From Girardia tigrina (Eukaryota), in assembly GCA_001938485.1 (NCBI GenBank), contig MQRK01225287.1:1-64000 (forward strand): DNA of 64,000 bases. Reading direction: 5' to 3'. Shown piece after piece: positions 41,401 through 54,532 of this stretch; position 1 is the stretch's first letter; every line of letters begins with the position of its first letter. Made by a program: the position numbers and the translations under genes. The notes beneath the pieces were generated by a model. It had not been told where the DNA came from, ran no database searches, and saw nothing but the letters and a program-made list of their open reading frames with translations.

Positions 41401-41892
41401 TTCTTAATTTAATGAGAAAAATGTTATTGGAATAGTATCAGTATACGTAAAGATTTACAAACAGGAAATGATCTAAGATAATGTTTTCCAAAGACTATTA
41501 ATTTTAATTGAAATTGGATATTTTAAACAATTATATTGATGTTAAATGTTTTTTTATTTTAAAACATTGTTTATTAGAGGTTTTTTACACACTCGGATTG
41601 AATCATTGTTCATTAAGGTCCAATCTTATATAATTAATAATTTTGTCGACGTAAATGTACTTTAAATCCGTTTTATTTGACAAACTGAAATCATTTTTAC
41701 AATTTTTTCTTAAAAAATAAAATTGATACAATAAACAAATAATAATTTTAATCGATTAATTATGCTAATATTACACATTTTGAGGGGTAGTTCAATAATT
41801 ATGTTTGGTATTCCGTCCTAGGCGAATTTTATTAGATTGCTTTCATCAATTTTATAGTTTTTAGTAATGGTTAGGAAAACATATATTACTAC

Positions 41893-42383
41893 TATTATCA
41901 ACACTAATATGATTTCCAATACTTTTATTGACATTAAAACTCGAATCGTCTCCAGGACAGTTCTCCGCAAAACTTTCGTAGTTAGACATCGTTCTTGTTT
42001 GATAAATTTCAATTCTATTTCTAAAACTTTAATAAGTCGAAAAAAAATAAAATTACAACTCCTTACTAAAAACATTATTAAATTATATTCAATGAAATTT
42101 TAATTCATTTTATATATAATTTATGATTAAATAAATCTTTACTTTACAATACACTATTTAAATATTTAAAATCATTTTCAAACAGATTTAAAACATTTTG
42201 ATTTAAATTTATATGTATTGATTAAAATATATTAATTTAATTTTAAAATTTTTATTTTCATTTTTGAATTATTCGAATAATCCGAAGATACAAAACATTA
42301 AAATATCAATCTTCCATCTGGATGGGAGAAGCACAATCCTAAAAACAACATACAATAAACACTATTCGAAAATATTCCTCACA
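41893..42383 (-). mobile_element. TGT..ATA solo-LTR-like family, subfamily C
   Basis: Ends read TATTATCAAC...ATTCCTCACA on the + strand; perfect TSD ACTAC/ACTAC. Confidence 0.85.
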
Positions 42384-43079
42384 ACTACATTTCAACAACT
42401 AAAAAACAGCTAAAAATCCTTTGAAGACGAAATTATAAATAAATAAAAAACGTTTGAAAAGTGCCACCTATGTCGCCTATGTATAGAAGCGGACTCGTTA
42501 ATCTTTTGTTTTTTGTCATTTTAAATCGAATGAGTGATTGATGTTCGAGTAATTATTTTGAATTTTGAATTTATTTATTAATTTGAGACTTGATTTGCAA
42601 CAGAAAATATTGGTAAAAGAAATAAAACGTGATTGGAACTGATGTCAAACAAAGTATTAACTATGAAATTGAGGGATTAAAACATAAATATTTTGCTTTC
42701 CATGTCAGAAATATAAATATATGTTGATGATTTTTTCTTTGTTGTCGTATTGACAATTTTATTTTAATCATGAAATAATGACAAGATAAGTCGATTATAT
42801 TCGGTTTTTATTATAATTTATTGAGAACTATTGTCAATTTTGAATGAATAATGCTTATTAGGAATTGATTAAAGCAAATAAAACCCTATTTCGATTTTTC
42901 AACTCAATCACTGTTTTTGATTATTTTAAATTTTATTTACTAAATATCATAAAAATTAAATTTTATTCGTTTTGTTATTTTTTTTTAAAAAAATTAATTT
43001 AATGTTTATAATTTCTATATTAAAAAATAAAATATTTTTTTTATTTTGATAAAATTATTTCGTAATTTTTAACTATAAT

Positions 43080-43880
43080 TTGCTCATGTGTTGCGATACA
43101 GTAATTATCATTAGTGTTGTATTTTTATTCTTTATTATTCCAATGAACTGTGATATATTATTTCAGTGGTGTGTTGATGTGCGTGTGTGTATTTTGTTAG
43201 TGAAACGTCGCCGTATTAGGTCTTCGTTATGATACTAAACAGACACTGACTGTTTCGTCTCTTTTTTTCTGAAGTCTAATGATTATAACAACAACAACTA
43301 CCACGACTAATATTAACACCACTACTCGTGTTATATGTAGACTATCGGACAAACAACAGAGACATGATGTGAGTGAATGGCAGCGGAATTGTACCGACCG
43401 TGTAATGTTATTCAAGTACTGTGTATGAAATCTAATCTGCCTTGACATTGTAACAATCATTCAAGCTGTGACTGTTGTGAGTGTGCGTGTATGTGTGGCG
43501 TGTCGGTGTGTTTGTGTGATCAAATGAAACTCTGTTGATTGCGTGTATATGGTCTCGTCGCCGATTTCAACGAATCTAATAGGAATGTTTGTTGAAAAAA
43601 CATTCTCTATTTGTATCTCGTAGATCTCGTTTCGTTGTTTCTTTGCAATAAATGGCTCCAAACGATTGTGTTCTGGGAATGGTTTCGTTTGCACTGCCTT
43701 TCATACTCATACGAGATGATATTAATATTATATTATGTCATACTATTATCCACAAGTTTCTTTTTACTAATTCAATTAATTTGCTTTTTGTACAATATTG
43801 ACGATGATGAATAAATACGACTGGTATAAGTCGGCTTAGGGTATTATTTTGTGATTACGAAGAGACATTCGGTACTTGAT
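43080..43880 (+). promoter_or_regulatory. Probable promoter or long non-coding first exon of the + strand gene
   Basis: An apparently unique, CpG- and GT-rich, TE-free block with (GT)n- and (CAA)n-like tracts, 1.5-2.7 kb upstream of the spliced exons. Candidate donors lie at about 43825-43872. Confidence 0.4.
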
Positions 43881-44088
43881 GAGGACGATTTGATTTGAAT
43901 TTAACAAAAAACTTTAATTTTATTTTCAAATTTAAATGTAAATTACTTTTAATTTTCTAAAATCGATTTATTTATTTATTTAATCATTTTTTGTAGCATT
44001 TAATGAATTTTATTTAATGATATTTGATTATTATGGATGGTTTTTGTGTATTACATTTGATAGGATCGAAGAGATAATCTTTTATTAC

Positions 44089-44576
44089 TATTAAGAACAC
44101 TAAAATGATTTCCAATAATCTATTGACGTCACAACTCGAATTGTCACCAGGACAATTCTCTACAAAACTTTCGTAGTTAAACGTAGTTCTTGATTGATAA
44201 ATTTAAATTCTGTTTCTGAGTCTCTAATTATTCAAACAAATTTAAATTATAATTCCTTAATAAAATATTTTCAAAAATTATTTTAATGCATTTTAAATAC
44301 ATTATCTGTGATTAAATAAATCTTTATGTTACAGTCCACTTTTAACATATTTTAAATTATTTTCAAAAAATTTTAAATGTTTTTATTAAAATATTATTAT
44401 ATATATTTATTGATTAAAGTATATTAATTTAATTTTAATATTGTTATTTACATTTCAAAATTGTCCAAATAATCGACTGTTAAAAACCTAAAAAAATATC
44501 AATCTTCTATTTGGGTGGGAGAAATACAATCCTAAAAACAACATAACATAAATACCATTTGAAAATATTCATCACA
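44089..44576 (-). mobile_element. TGT..ATA solo-LTR-like family, subfamily C
   Basis: Ends read TATTAAGAAC...ATTCATCACA on the + strand; TSD degenerate (ATTAC/CATAC); aligns end to end with 41893-42383. Confidence 0.78.
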
Positions 44577-45399
44577 CATACCGTTATGGAGATTTATTTA
44601 TCAACCATTTTGCTACGTAATTTTTCTCTTAATATTTCCTTTTTTAATAATCTTTCTTTAAATCAATTACGTATATAAAGAATCGAACAGAACCATAGAG
44701 AGGTTAAAGTTAGAGGAAGACAATACTTTTTATATGGTCACATGAAAATTGTGTCTTAGTAAATCTTGTTTAATTATTAATCAATTAACATTAACACCAA
44801 CATTTGTTTCTTTATTTTAATGGGGTAACTTCTTTATAACGCCAGTTTGAAATCATCTAATCAGTTTTACCTCTAATTGTAAAGTAACATTTACTATGGT
44901 CAATAAAAATTATTATTAAAAGATTATTAATTAATTATTGAGTCTAAACAATTTTTAATTAAATAACAACAAAAAAGTTATTTTAGCAATATAAGTTATT
45001 GGATTTTCCACCATCTTCAGGTTTCTTGTTTATAAATTTTCTTGTGACGTGTGAAATACCACATGAATGGGAAAGAATTCTCGTCATCTATATAAGCGGA
45101 TTTACGATCATAGACGATTAGGTGGTTGTAGCAATATTTCTCGACATATGGAAGTTTGTATGACGGATGTTAAAATAACCGATTTAAAAATTATGATGAG
45201 TTAGTTAAAATTACATGTCGCTAAATAATTTATTTATAAAATTCAAATTTAATTTAACTTTTCAAATTTACAAGCCTTATTTTTTATCAGATTTTTATTT
45301 TTTTTTTAAATTTATAAATCGTACTTTCAAAATTTAATTTTTTCTAATTATAAATGTTTTTTTCTCATTTTCTCTTATTCAAAATTCTCTTTTATTTAG

Positions 45400-45474
45400 T
45401 CAAATTACCAAACAATGAATCTATCAATTTTTTAATTTTTTCAAAAATTCAACATTTTTTCAATTGTTTTGCAG
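45400..45474 (+). other. Putative non-coding (5' UTR) exon
   Basis: Long pyrimidine tract plus TTTATTTAG acceptor at 45399; CAG|GTAATT donor at 45475. An in-frame stop relative to the next exon argues for UTR. Confidence 0.5.
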
Positions 45475-45751
45475 GTAATTAATAACAAAAACAGAACAAA
45501 TTAAAAGTATTCTACTTAGCTTTAAATAAATTATTTTTAATGGTTGTCTAAATGTCCAGACTGATATTGTTGGATTTCAGTTTTTATCTTTATCCTTGAC
45601 GCTTATTTATTTCATAGTCTTCCGTTATGCAATTTGTTATTCTTTTTCATTAAATAGAAATCGTTGTATAATAAGATTTTAATAAAGTATAAATTTTAAA
45701 TTTGGAATTTTCATATTGGTTTTATTTTAGGGTTCATCTAGGATCAATAAA

Positions 45752-45932
45752 ATGGTGTCCTTACCTGCAGAGCATAATTTTCGAGGTAGATTAATTCCAA
45801 TGAATCACACGAGATTTCCATTCCCCCAAGGACCTCTCCTTTTTAGTCCAGACGGACAGAGAATGCGGCCGAATTGTGCTGGGCCATTTGTGTCAAATAA
45901 CATGCCAATGATTCACCGTCAACCGATACCAG
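45752..45932 (+). CDS. First coding exon (exon 45731-45932) of an unidentified host gene with a Pro/Met-rich N-terminus; no downstream exons were found in the window
   Basis: TTTTATTTTAG acceptor at 45730, AAAATG start context, MVSLPAEHNFRGRLIPMNHTRFPFPQGPLLFSPDGQRMRPNCAGPFVSNNMPMIHRQPIP, CAG|GT donor at 45933, and exon-like GC elevation. Confidence 0.7.
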
Positions 45933-46999
45933 GTTTTTTTTATTATAATACTATTATTTATTATACAAATAATGATAAATTTTGAATGTATTTATAAGTC
46001 GGAAAGTACCGAAAAAAGAAAAATAAGAAGTAAATACCAAAAAAAATAAAATTACATTCGTTTTTAATCCTTAATTAATTAATTATTAAGATTAATTATT
46101 AAAATTTATGTGATAAAAATGCAAATTAAAAGTACAAAATAGTAGTAATAATCCAAATTATGTTTCAGTTAATTTAGTATTTTATATAAAAATAAGTAAT
46201 AATGTCTTTAACATTAAAATTATTTTTTGAAATTTTTTTTGATAAAAAAAACAATGTTTTTATCGGATTTCCGCTAAAACTTCAACATAAAATTTTTTCT
46301 TTATTTTTTTTGATATTTGCGAACACCATTTATGTTTTGATTGCGGAATTTCATATAATGTACAATTAAAACTATTGTTTGATTTATTTTATAATATTTC
46401 AGTAATAAAATATTGAAACTCATAACTGTGAGGGATATTAATTCTTGACGAAACTAAATCTCTTTGAAATTGGTGAATTTCACAAAAATTAACTATTATT
46501 ATTTAATTAATCAGTTGTGTACACGAAATCAATAATGAGAATTTTTAAGCATTTCTTAATTTTCTTTTTTTATATCACATTTCTAAAAAGAATTCTCTCA
46601 AATTCATTTTTCCAAAAGTTTAATTTGCAAACTTTGAAGTTAGCTTTCTGTTAAGAGCTTTTGTTTCATTTCACCTGATAGATGATGTTGTCATTCATTT
46701 CTTATATATAAGCGTTGACAAAAACTTATAATCAGTTATCTAAAGATGACGGTAAAGCCCTTGATATATATTTTCGTAATATATAATTTAAATGATGTTC
46801 CTATTGTTATTTTTATTAAAGCATTTTAGTAATAAAACACATTTTTATGTCAAAATAAATTTGAAATAATTAAATATAAATAAAAATACTTTTCAATAAA
46901 TTAATTAGATCAAGAAAGATATCGCTCTATTGCTCATATCATTTGCAAAACAAATAATAAAAAAAATTATAGATCAAAAACTATTTTATTATTAATAAA

Positions 47000-47583
47000 G
47001 AATCTCTTCTCAGTTCGTTGAAAAATTTAAATATCGTGACATGTTATTATAGTGACTATTACAATCAGATGAAGAAATTTCGAGAATCAAAACAATACTT
47101 TGCTCCATTAATAGTATTTCATAGACACATCTATGTCTTATAACAAGGTTTTTCCATTTCCAATACAATTTTCAGTTGGATTCAAAAACGCATAATACGA
47201 TGGTATATATTAAACAGAAAAACCATCAAAATCAAGATTTTTGTAGTGATGGATTCGCGTGTTGTCAAGTAACTATGCGGGCAAATCAGTTTCATTCGAA
47301 TAACATTTTACTGTTAACTCAGTTAAACAATTCTGGAATTTTATAAATTATGATACAATAAACAATTTTTATTCATTGCAGCAACGACTGAAATATTTCT
47401 ACTTCTTGTCTGCAGAACTGAAATCTTTCTGAAAATTTCCAGCATGATACCTTCCTTTTCTTGGTTGTGTACAAACCCTGAAGACAACATCATCGACAAA
47501 AACAAAGAATTCAATATGAAAGGCTTGCTCCAATCTACAACACTGACGAAATAGCTCGAAAACTGTACGGGGTCAAAACTGCC
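47000..47583 (+). mobile_element. Possible Merlin/IS1016-like remnant
   Basis: FCSDG and HFTVNS traces; GG-type terminus GGTCAAAACTGCC ending at 47583. Confidence 0.3.
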
Positions 47584-48283
47584 TTGTTTATAATTTTTTA
47601 TAATTTTTTTTGTTAGATTTTATAATTTGTCACAAAATATTTTTAAATATCACAAAAATAAATAATTTACACAAACGATCGAAATAATTTACCAATTTTT
47701 ATTTTATATGACAATCATCAGGAATAAATAAATAAAATTTTCAAATAACCAAAAAAGAATGAATAAATACTTTATATAAAAGTTTTAATATTAACACTTT
47801 ATTTTATGAGTATGACAAATATACAATTGCTCGTAGAAATGTAAGTCTGACAGTCTGTTGATATGATCCTATCACACGCTGAACTTTTTACGAAGATTTT
47901 CATAACGCATTTTCCAATCTATAAACATGGCAGTTTTGACCTAGAATCTCGAAAACATGTTATATCCCTGAAATTAATAAAAATAAATAATAATAACTGT
48001 TTCATTAAATATACTGAAATTTATATAAAATGTTAGACAAACAATAATCTTTGAAAAATATGTAAATCTAATTATTGTAATAATATGTAAATATTGCATA
48101 TACATCTCATAATATGCAAATAACTTTGTAATATTCTAATTAAAGTAATTACAGTACTCCAATACCGATGTTATATGGAAAATATATTTCACACCAGAAG
48201 CATTTATCAATATACATCATAGTACCTTGCGTTAAAATAAAGTATTTGTACGATTTTTTACAAATGTACATTTTTTATCTATA

Positions 48284-49770
48284 CAGGGTGATCCTAGCCC
48301 ATTTTCAGTATTTTAAGTATTATACACAAACACAACATATTTTAACAGAAGAACATTTATTATATAAAATTTTTTTGAAGTGTTTAATTTTTTTTATTTG
48401 CGACGATTTTGAAAATATTTCCAACCAAAGAAAGTATTGAAATGATTATTATTTATGCGAAATATGAATCGTACACCTTAGTGAAACGAGATTTACTGGA
48501 GAATGGTAGTAGAACAATTTAATCACATAATACTTTATTAAATACTTTCAAAAATGGATGAGCGAGTTAGGGGGAAGAAAGAAAAGCAGTAATTGAAGAG
48601 TCGTAACCATTCAAAGCACATTAAGAGCGAGTACCAAATTATTCCCATAAAAATATTATGTTTTGTAGGAACTGTTTAAATAAGATTATTAAGAATTTTT
48701 ATTACAATCACATTTAGAGTCATTACAACTCTCAGAAAGTCTTTCATCGTTTGTCATCATTCTAATTGGTTTTCTTATTTCTCTTTTAATCATGATTATT
48801 CGAACCATTTTTCATTTGTCAATAAATCCCAAAATAATATAAATTTCATCAAATTATTAAAAATACATTTAATTTAAATTTTATCAAAAAATATTAAACT
48901 TAATTTTAATTGTTAAATTAAAAATATGAACTTATCAAATGATTATTTTAATTATGTTCGAATAGTCAATCACTTTAAATTTAAATAAAAAAATACCAAT
49001 TTCCATCTGGGTGGGAGAATCACCATTCTAAATTCAACATACTTAAATCAACACACAGCATCACTACATTTACACATTCAAACAATTTAAAATATTCCTC
49101 ACAAAGATAATGTAGCAAGAGGGGCTATGTGTGATACGCTACTTGTCAAATTTGATTCCACAGACATTTTCTTGATCAAATTCTGTTCTCAGGTGAGACA
49201 ACATTCACATTTTATTTAACTGTAAATCATAACAATATTTGTATATGGGGGACCCATCCACCAGACGAAGTATCGACGCATGCATATTCAAGTCCAAAAA
49301 TAAAGTTTGAATTGCAATTTGTTGTAGTTTATTGGATCACCATTCTTTTTCGATCACAATACACTTAATGCTGTAAACTATAATGATATGTTGACGAGAT
49401 TTTGAGTTCATGTGTTAAAGTCTCAAATATGATATTCTCAAACCATGCTCCAGCAGGATAGAGCTCCTGTACAATACGCAAAGGATATACTGAATTTCTT
49501 GGACTTAGTTTCCCAAAATGTTTGATAGGAAGGTATGATCCCATTCCTTAGGTAGCAAAATTACTAGATCTATCACATCTAGACGTTTGAAGATCTATGC
49601 TGAATTAGAATTGACGTTTCTGTTTTATGAAAACTTGAATCAATTGAAGACAAATTTTTGCATACGAAGAAATAAATAAAGTATAAATTTTCAGTTTAAT
49701 TGTTTATTTGAAAAGAAAGATTTCCACGAAAGGAAGCAATTTTAAATAGCATTCTCATGAAGTCCAGTAA
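48284..49770 (+). mobile_element. Decayed Tc1/mariner element of DD41D (rosa)-like type, interrupted by a TGT..ATA element
   Basis: TA-CAGGGTG start; KLFP*K...EL...D|NVAR..MC across the insertion; QILFSGETTF...VNHNNICIWG; LQQDRAPVQY; IGR; LLDLSHLD. The right end is uncertain. Confidence 0.7.
48687..49103 (-). mobile_element. TGT..ATA solo-LTR-like family, subfamily A (small internal deletions)
   Basis: Perfect TSD AAGAT/AAGAT. Removing the element plus one TSD rejoins the host transposase reading. Confidence 0.87.
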
Positions 49771-51559
49771 ATTGTTTTCAATCTCGGAATTTTTGTGATC
49801 GATGTGATTTATTTTAAATTAAATTTTTCAAATACCTTTTTCTAACTTCTTTGCAATCAGCGCTTCACAACTGTTATCTTAAAATAATAATGGATAGAGT
49901 ATACACAATCTATTCACAATCAGACAAATGAAAAACAAACAATTGTATATCGGAACATAAAAAACATATGTTAAAATACGTTAGAGATGAAAATTAATGG
50001 TTTAGAAATATTTATAACGAAATTATAATGCTTTCTTCTTAAATTACTGACAAATTCATTTTTATGAGATTCATCATATTCACCACAAATCTATTAAAAC
50101 CTTGCTAAGACGTAATGAAAATGAAGTAAAGACATGCAGCAATTGCAGCCAATAAAAATATAAAAATGTGCGCAAAACCTTTCAGTCATCATTTACTCTA
50201 CATATCCCAAGAAGAGATCATCAAAGATGGCACTGCATAAAATCAACGAAGTCAAAAATTGGACTATTTACATTCTGTGAGAGAATACAACTCCTCGTAA
50301 GTGGCGACTCGGGGGCATACAGCCGGACAAGAGCTATTTTCATTTTTTGTAGATATTTATTTTTTCTCGTTTGACTTAAAATCACCTGAGAGGTGCGTTT
50401 AAATTAAATTAAATTAAACAAATCCAAAACAGTTTATCATTTTATGTTATTGAATAATGACCATCAAACAAAGAATTCTTACCGTGAGACATTAAGGTTA
50501 CTTCAAAACCTTTACTTATGTTAAGGTTATAATAAAATGATAATAAAACTGTTGAAATAAAACTATAACACTTTCTTATAATCGTTTCAGTTCTTCGTAA
50601 GTAAAATTGGTTAATATAAATATTAACAATTTTGTCAAACTGTATTACCATATAATTCTCTGTCGTTTGTTATAAAATATTATGTAAATATTTTTTTAAA
50701 TCTTTAGTGTTATTTCATTGAATAAACGTGGATACATTTTTTAGAAGTTTTTATTTTTAGTACAGAAACATTCTTGTTATTTGTTTATAACTATTACATT
50801 TTGTTGTAGATAAGAAGATTAAATTTTTCTGTTGCTAACCAAGTACCCTATATAGGTATAGTAGTGAATATTCTTATATATATTAAGAGCTTAAAAAAGT
50901 ACTTTAATCATCGCATCGAGATGTTCTAATTGTATTCGAATGTTGACCGTAAAATGTCACTTGATTAGTAAAACTGAAGGCTTATCATGATTAATAATCT
51001 CGGTAAATTCCGAGACATACGAAATAAGGATTATACGCCTGTTTGCATTTTATGTTCAATGATGATTTAATTTGTACATGGTTTGTATTGGTAAAATGTG
51101 ATCAAATGTTGTAAGACGCTTTTTATCACTTTAGATATTTTCATGTGTTTCTTGTGACTGAAGTAGAGCAATAGGACCAGATGGAAATCAACGGTAAAAA
51201 ATCTATGAAGCAATTAAAAGATATTTACGAAAACCTTTTTTCTATGTTTTCATTCTGTATTTCTTGCATTATAATAATCGTATTTTTTAATTAAAAGGGT
51301 TTTTCGATCTAATAGCGGGAACGAACCATTATGATTGGGTTTGTCAAATACTTACCATTATCCATGGTATTTTGAGAGTCGAGGTGATTAAATATAATTA
51401 CATAAGAAAGGATACAATAATATGGTATAAGTATCAATTGAAATCTCAATTGAAAATTATACATTTTTGACTAATAGTAAAATGGTATACAATTAACAAT
51501 AAAAATTTGTAATTATTAAATTTAACAAAATGATCGTTTTATAATCAATGAGGTTAAAT

Positions 51560-52945
51560 AATTGGGCCTCTCATCTCTTTTCAAAAATGATATTGAGCAT
51601 ATAGACTCTTTGGATCTAAAGTTTAGATGATCCACCCAAACCAAATAAGTCTATAAGTCCACCGATAGACCTATGAAGATGTCAGCCTTTCGTTTCCGCG
51701 CACGCTTCGACAATCCAATGAGAAACGACCAGTTCCTCTCACAGTTACATCTGTAAGTGATCCAGTTAAGTTTCTATTTGACTCACTTCTGACTGTCCTA
51801 TTGCAGCAGCATTCGGATCTATGATTGGTACTTGAATTGCGTTGTTTTCTGGTATACCGTTCAGTGGTTGATTCGTTACTTCTGATTGGACTGATTGGTT
51901 CTGCTCGGTAATATTTGGACTAATTGTTCCTTTTCAATTCTGTGCGCTGACTTGAGATTTCTGATGAGCAATCATTTGATAATTGAATCCTTAAGGCCCT
52001 TCTTGAGAGAATCTTGGTATGTGATCCTGTTTCTTGTGTCGATTTAATTATTTATATTCCACTAAAAACGTGAAACATGATTCGTAAGAACATTGAAACA
52101 GTTTCATTCGTGGTTTGATGAGTTTTGGCATGTCACTGATCTCCACCCAATAATACACCTCTCACATATTAGTGAGTCAATCAAGTCTGTCATCTTGAAT
52201 TGAGCACTTTCCTGTTGAATTATTCCTAAAAACCATCAAAGGAGGTGGTTTCTTCGAAAAGCCACTCCGTATCGACTCTCAGGCATTCTTTGCTTCTTTC
52301 TACCTGATATTTTCTTACCATCTGTCATTGAGGATTCAATGACTCTTCAGGATCATCGGTGCATTGCCAGTAGCTAAGAGAGTGTGGAATTGGAGCCGTC
52401 TCTTCGCCTGAATGTCCATTGGGTCAGGCAATTCTATTGTGTAACACAGGTAAAAATTCTGTCGTCATATTCAGTCTTCTTTAACATCAAAGCCTTTCTA
52501 CCTTCTCTTCTCTCCTCCACATTTCTGCCAGTGTATAGTATTTTTCATGAATCAAGTTCGTGTGTTTCTTGGTTCCAGAAATGTATCCCAGTGAGGAAAT
52601 ACATGTCTATGTAAATATTTTTCATAGATATTTCCGATATTTCAAAAAGATTCAATAGTTTCTCGTCGTTCAACCCTGAACGTTCCAGTTGACAAATCTC
52701 AATCCAACAGCGGAGTCCTTCTCAAGTGACTCAAATTTCGAGAGCTTAATGACTTCGGGTCCTTCCAGACCCATTAAACAAAGGAGCAGTCTTGATTTGA
52801 GTTGTGGTAGCGATCAGGTTAAGGATTAGGTTGTGTTGCTGGCCCAATCGTCATTGTCTCTCAATTTAGCCTAGGGACGGAAATTCACCCGGTCTAGTTT
52901 ACCAGAACTGCTCCACTGCAGGCGAGAGACACTACAATCCCTGTT
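51560..52945 (-). mobile_element. Decayed LTR retrotransposon gag region
   Basis: Higher-GC block with a Gln/Asn-rich minus strand and a degenerate zinc knuckle (CNC..GTG.FSLDC) near 51700-51760. Confidence 0.4.
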
Positions 52946-54039
52946 TAAAATAATAAAACTTTTTGTAGCTGTTAGGGATTAAAAATGCAATTAAAATTTT
53001 GATCTATAAAATTAATTTTACAAGTAAAAAATTTTCATATAACTTTAAAAAGAAAATTCAGTTAAATAAATGTAGAGATGGTTTTGTTAATCTAAATAAA
53101 ATGTTTCCTCTGGAAATTTTAAAAAATAATACTTAAAAAATATTAAACAAAAATTTGTTTAAATAATTTGTATTTTTGATATGATTCATTTTTCTTGAAA
53201 ATAAAAATTCATTTTGATATGATTGAAAATTCAAATTTTTCAATACAAATAATAATAACAGTAGTCATTATCAAAAAGGTTCCGCGAAATAGAAGAAAAA
53301 ACAGAAAGGGATGAATGTATTTATCGTTTATACATCAAAATAAACACAATAGTACTGTAGAGGAAAATGTCTTGAGGTAACTGTTATTTTTAGGACAATT
53401 TCTAACATAGATTATTGTTTTACCCGTTCAGGTTAGGAATAACTAAAGAATGTTATTACATTTAGCTAAACAATGAATAATTAGCCATAGCATATACGTA
53501 TTATGTATAATTAGAAATTATGATTACCAATAATACAAGAACGAATCATAAAAAAAAGTATCAATTACATGTTGTATAGGTTTATATATAATAATACAAT
53601 TTTTTAACTAATAAGAGTGGTCAGAATTCTTTGTATAATTTTATTTTTTTATCAGTCAAGGATGGTATATAAATATATTATTTTCTATCAATTTTAAGAA
53701 TGGTGTACAACTGGGCTAGCATGTCTTTTGTTTTATCATTTTTCTATTATAATGTCTTACCTTCACTTTTATATATTTTCTCTTAGTCTTTGGTTTGTTA
53801 AATAAACGAAAAAAAATATTTTTACAACTTTTAATAAAAGATAACTTTGCAAACGAAGTGAACATTATTGAAAATTAACATTTCTTTATAGATTGCAGCA
53901 TTAAATGTTTTGTAATCGAAAAAGAAGGTCCGTCCACTACTCCAACTTGCTATCTAACCTAAACATTGTTTATTTTACGATTTTCATTCAATGTATGAAA
54001 AGTTAATAAGGGAAGATATTTATTAAGAACGGATCTTTT

Positions 54040-54523
54040 TAACATAAATGTCAGGAAAATAATATTTCTAATTATCTTAGTGGATAATATTATAATACCA
54101 TTTTTATATGGGAATTCAAATAAAGATAGTTCCTTTATATAAAACTATAGAGGAGTACAGCAACAGAGTTGGATGAGAAATATTTTCTTAAGTTATTAAT
54201 AATCTACCATACACATTAATAAGGAAGTTAAATATGATTCGCAACCTTTACTATCCAAGGTCTTTCGGACCTATTTGAATAGCTCCAATTTAAGATGAAT
54301 ATAGGACATTTTCCGATATTTATATCAAGTGATGTATCTTGGGAAATTTTTATTCAAATATATTTAGTGTTGTGATTATTCAAATAAACCTTACGTCGAA
54401 TTTTAAATGTTTATTTTATTCTGAAATCACCGTTGATTTAGGAATCGAAATGTTTAAAGTTTTATCATACCAGTACCCTAAATACCTCAAAAGTCGTGTT
54501 AAGAAAACTTTAATTACAGATAT
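54040..54523 (+). mobile_element. LINE (CR1/L2-like) reverse transcriptase remnant, split by the MULE
   Basis: IKIVPLYK and QPLLSKVF motifs; TDMWR|ITF reads across the MULE TSD. Confidence 0.45.
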
Positions 54524-54532
54524 GTGGAGAAT

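Noticed and set aside
43190-43250. Possible miRNA hairpin in the GT-rich block
   Set aside because: Pairing is short and bulged, and I recognise no mature miRNA.
41893-44576. The two same-orientation subfamily C copies as paired LTRs of one TRIM-like element enclosing 1.7 kb
   Set aside because: The left copy has its own perfect TSD, the two copies are clearly diverged, and no PBS or PPT is evident. However, the outer flanks (ACTAC/CATAC) are only as dissimilar as the right copy's own pair, so the rejection is not absolute.
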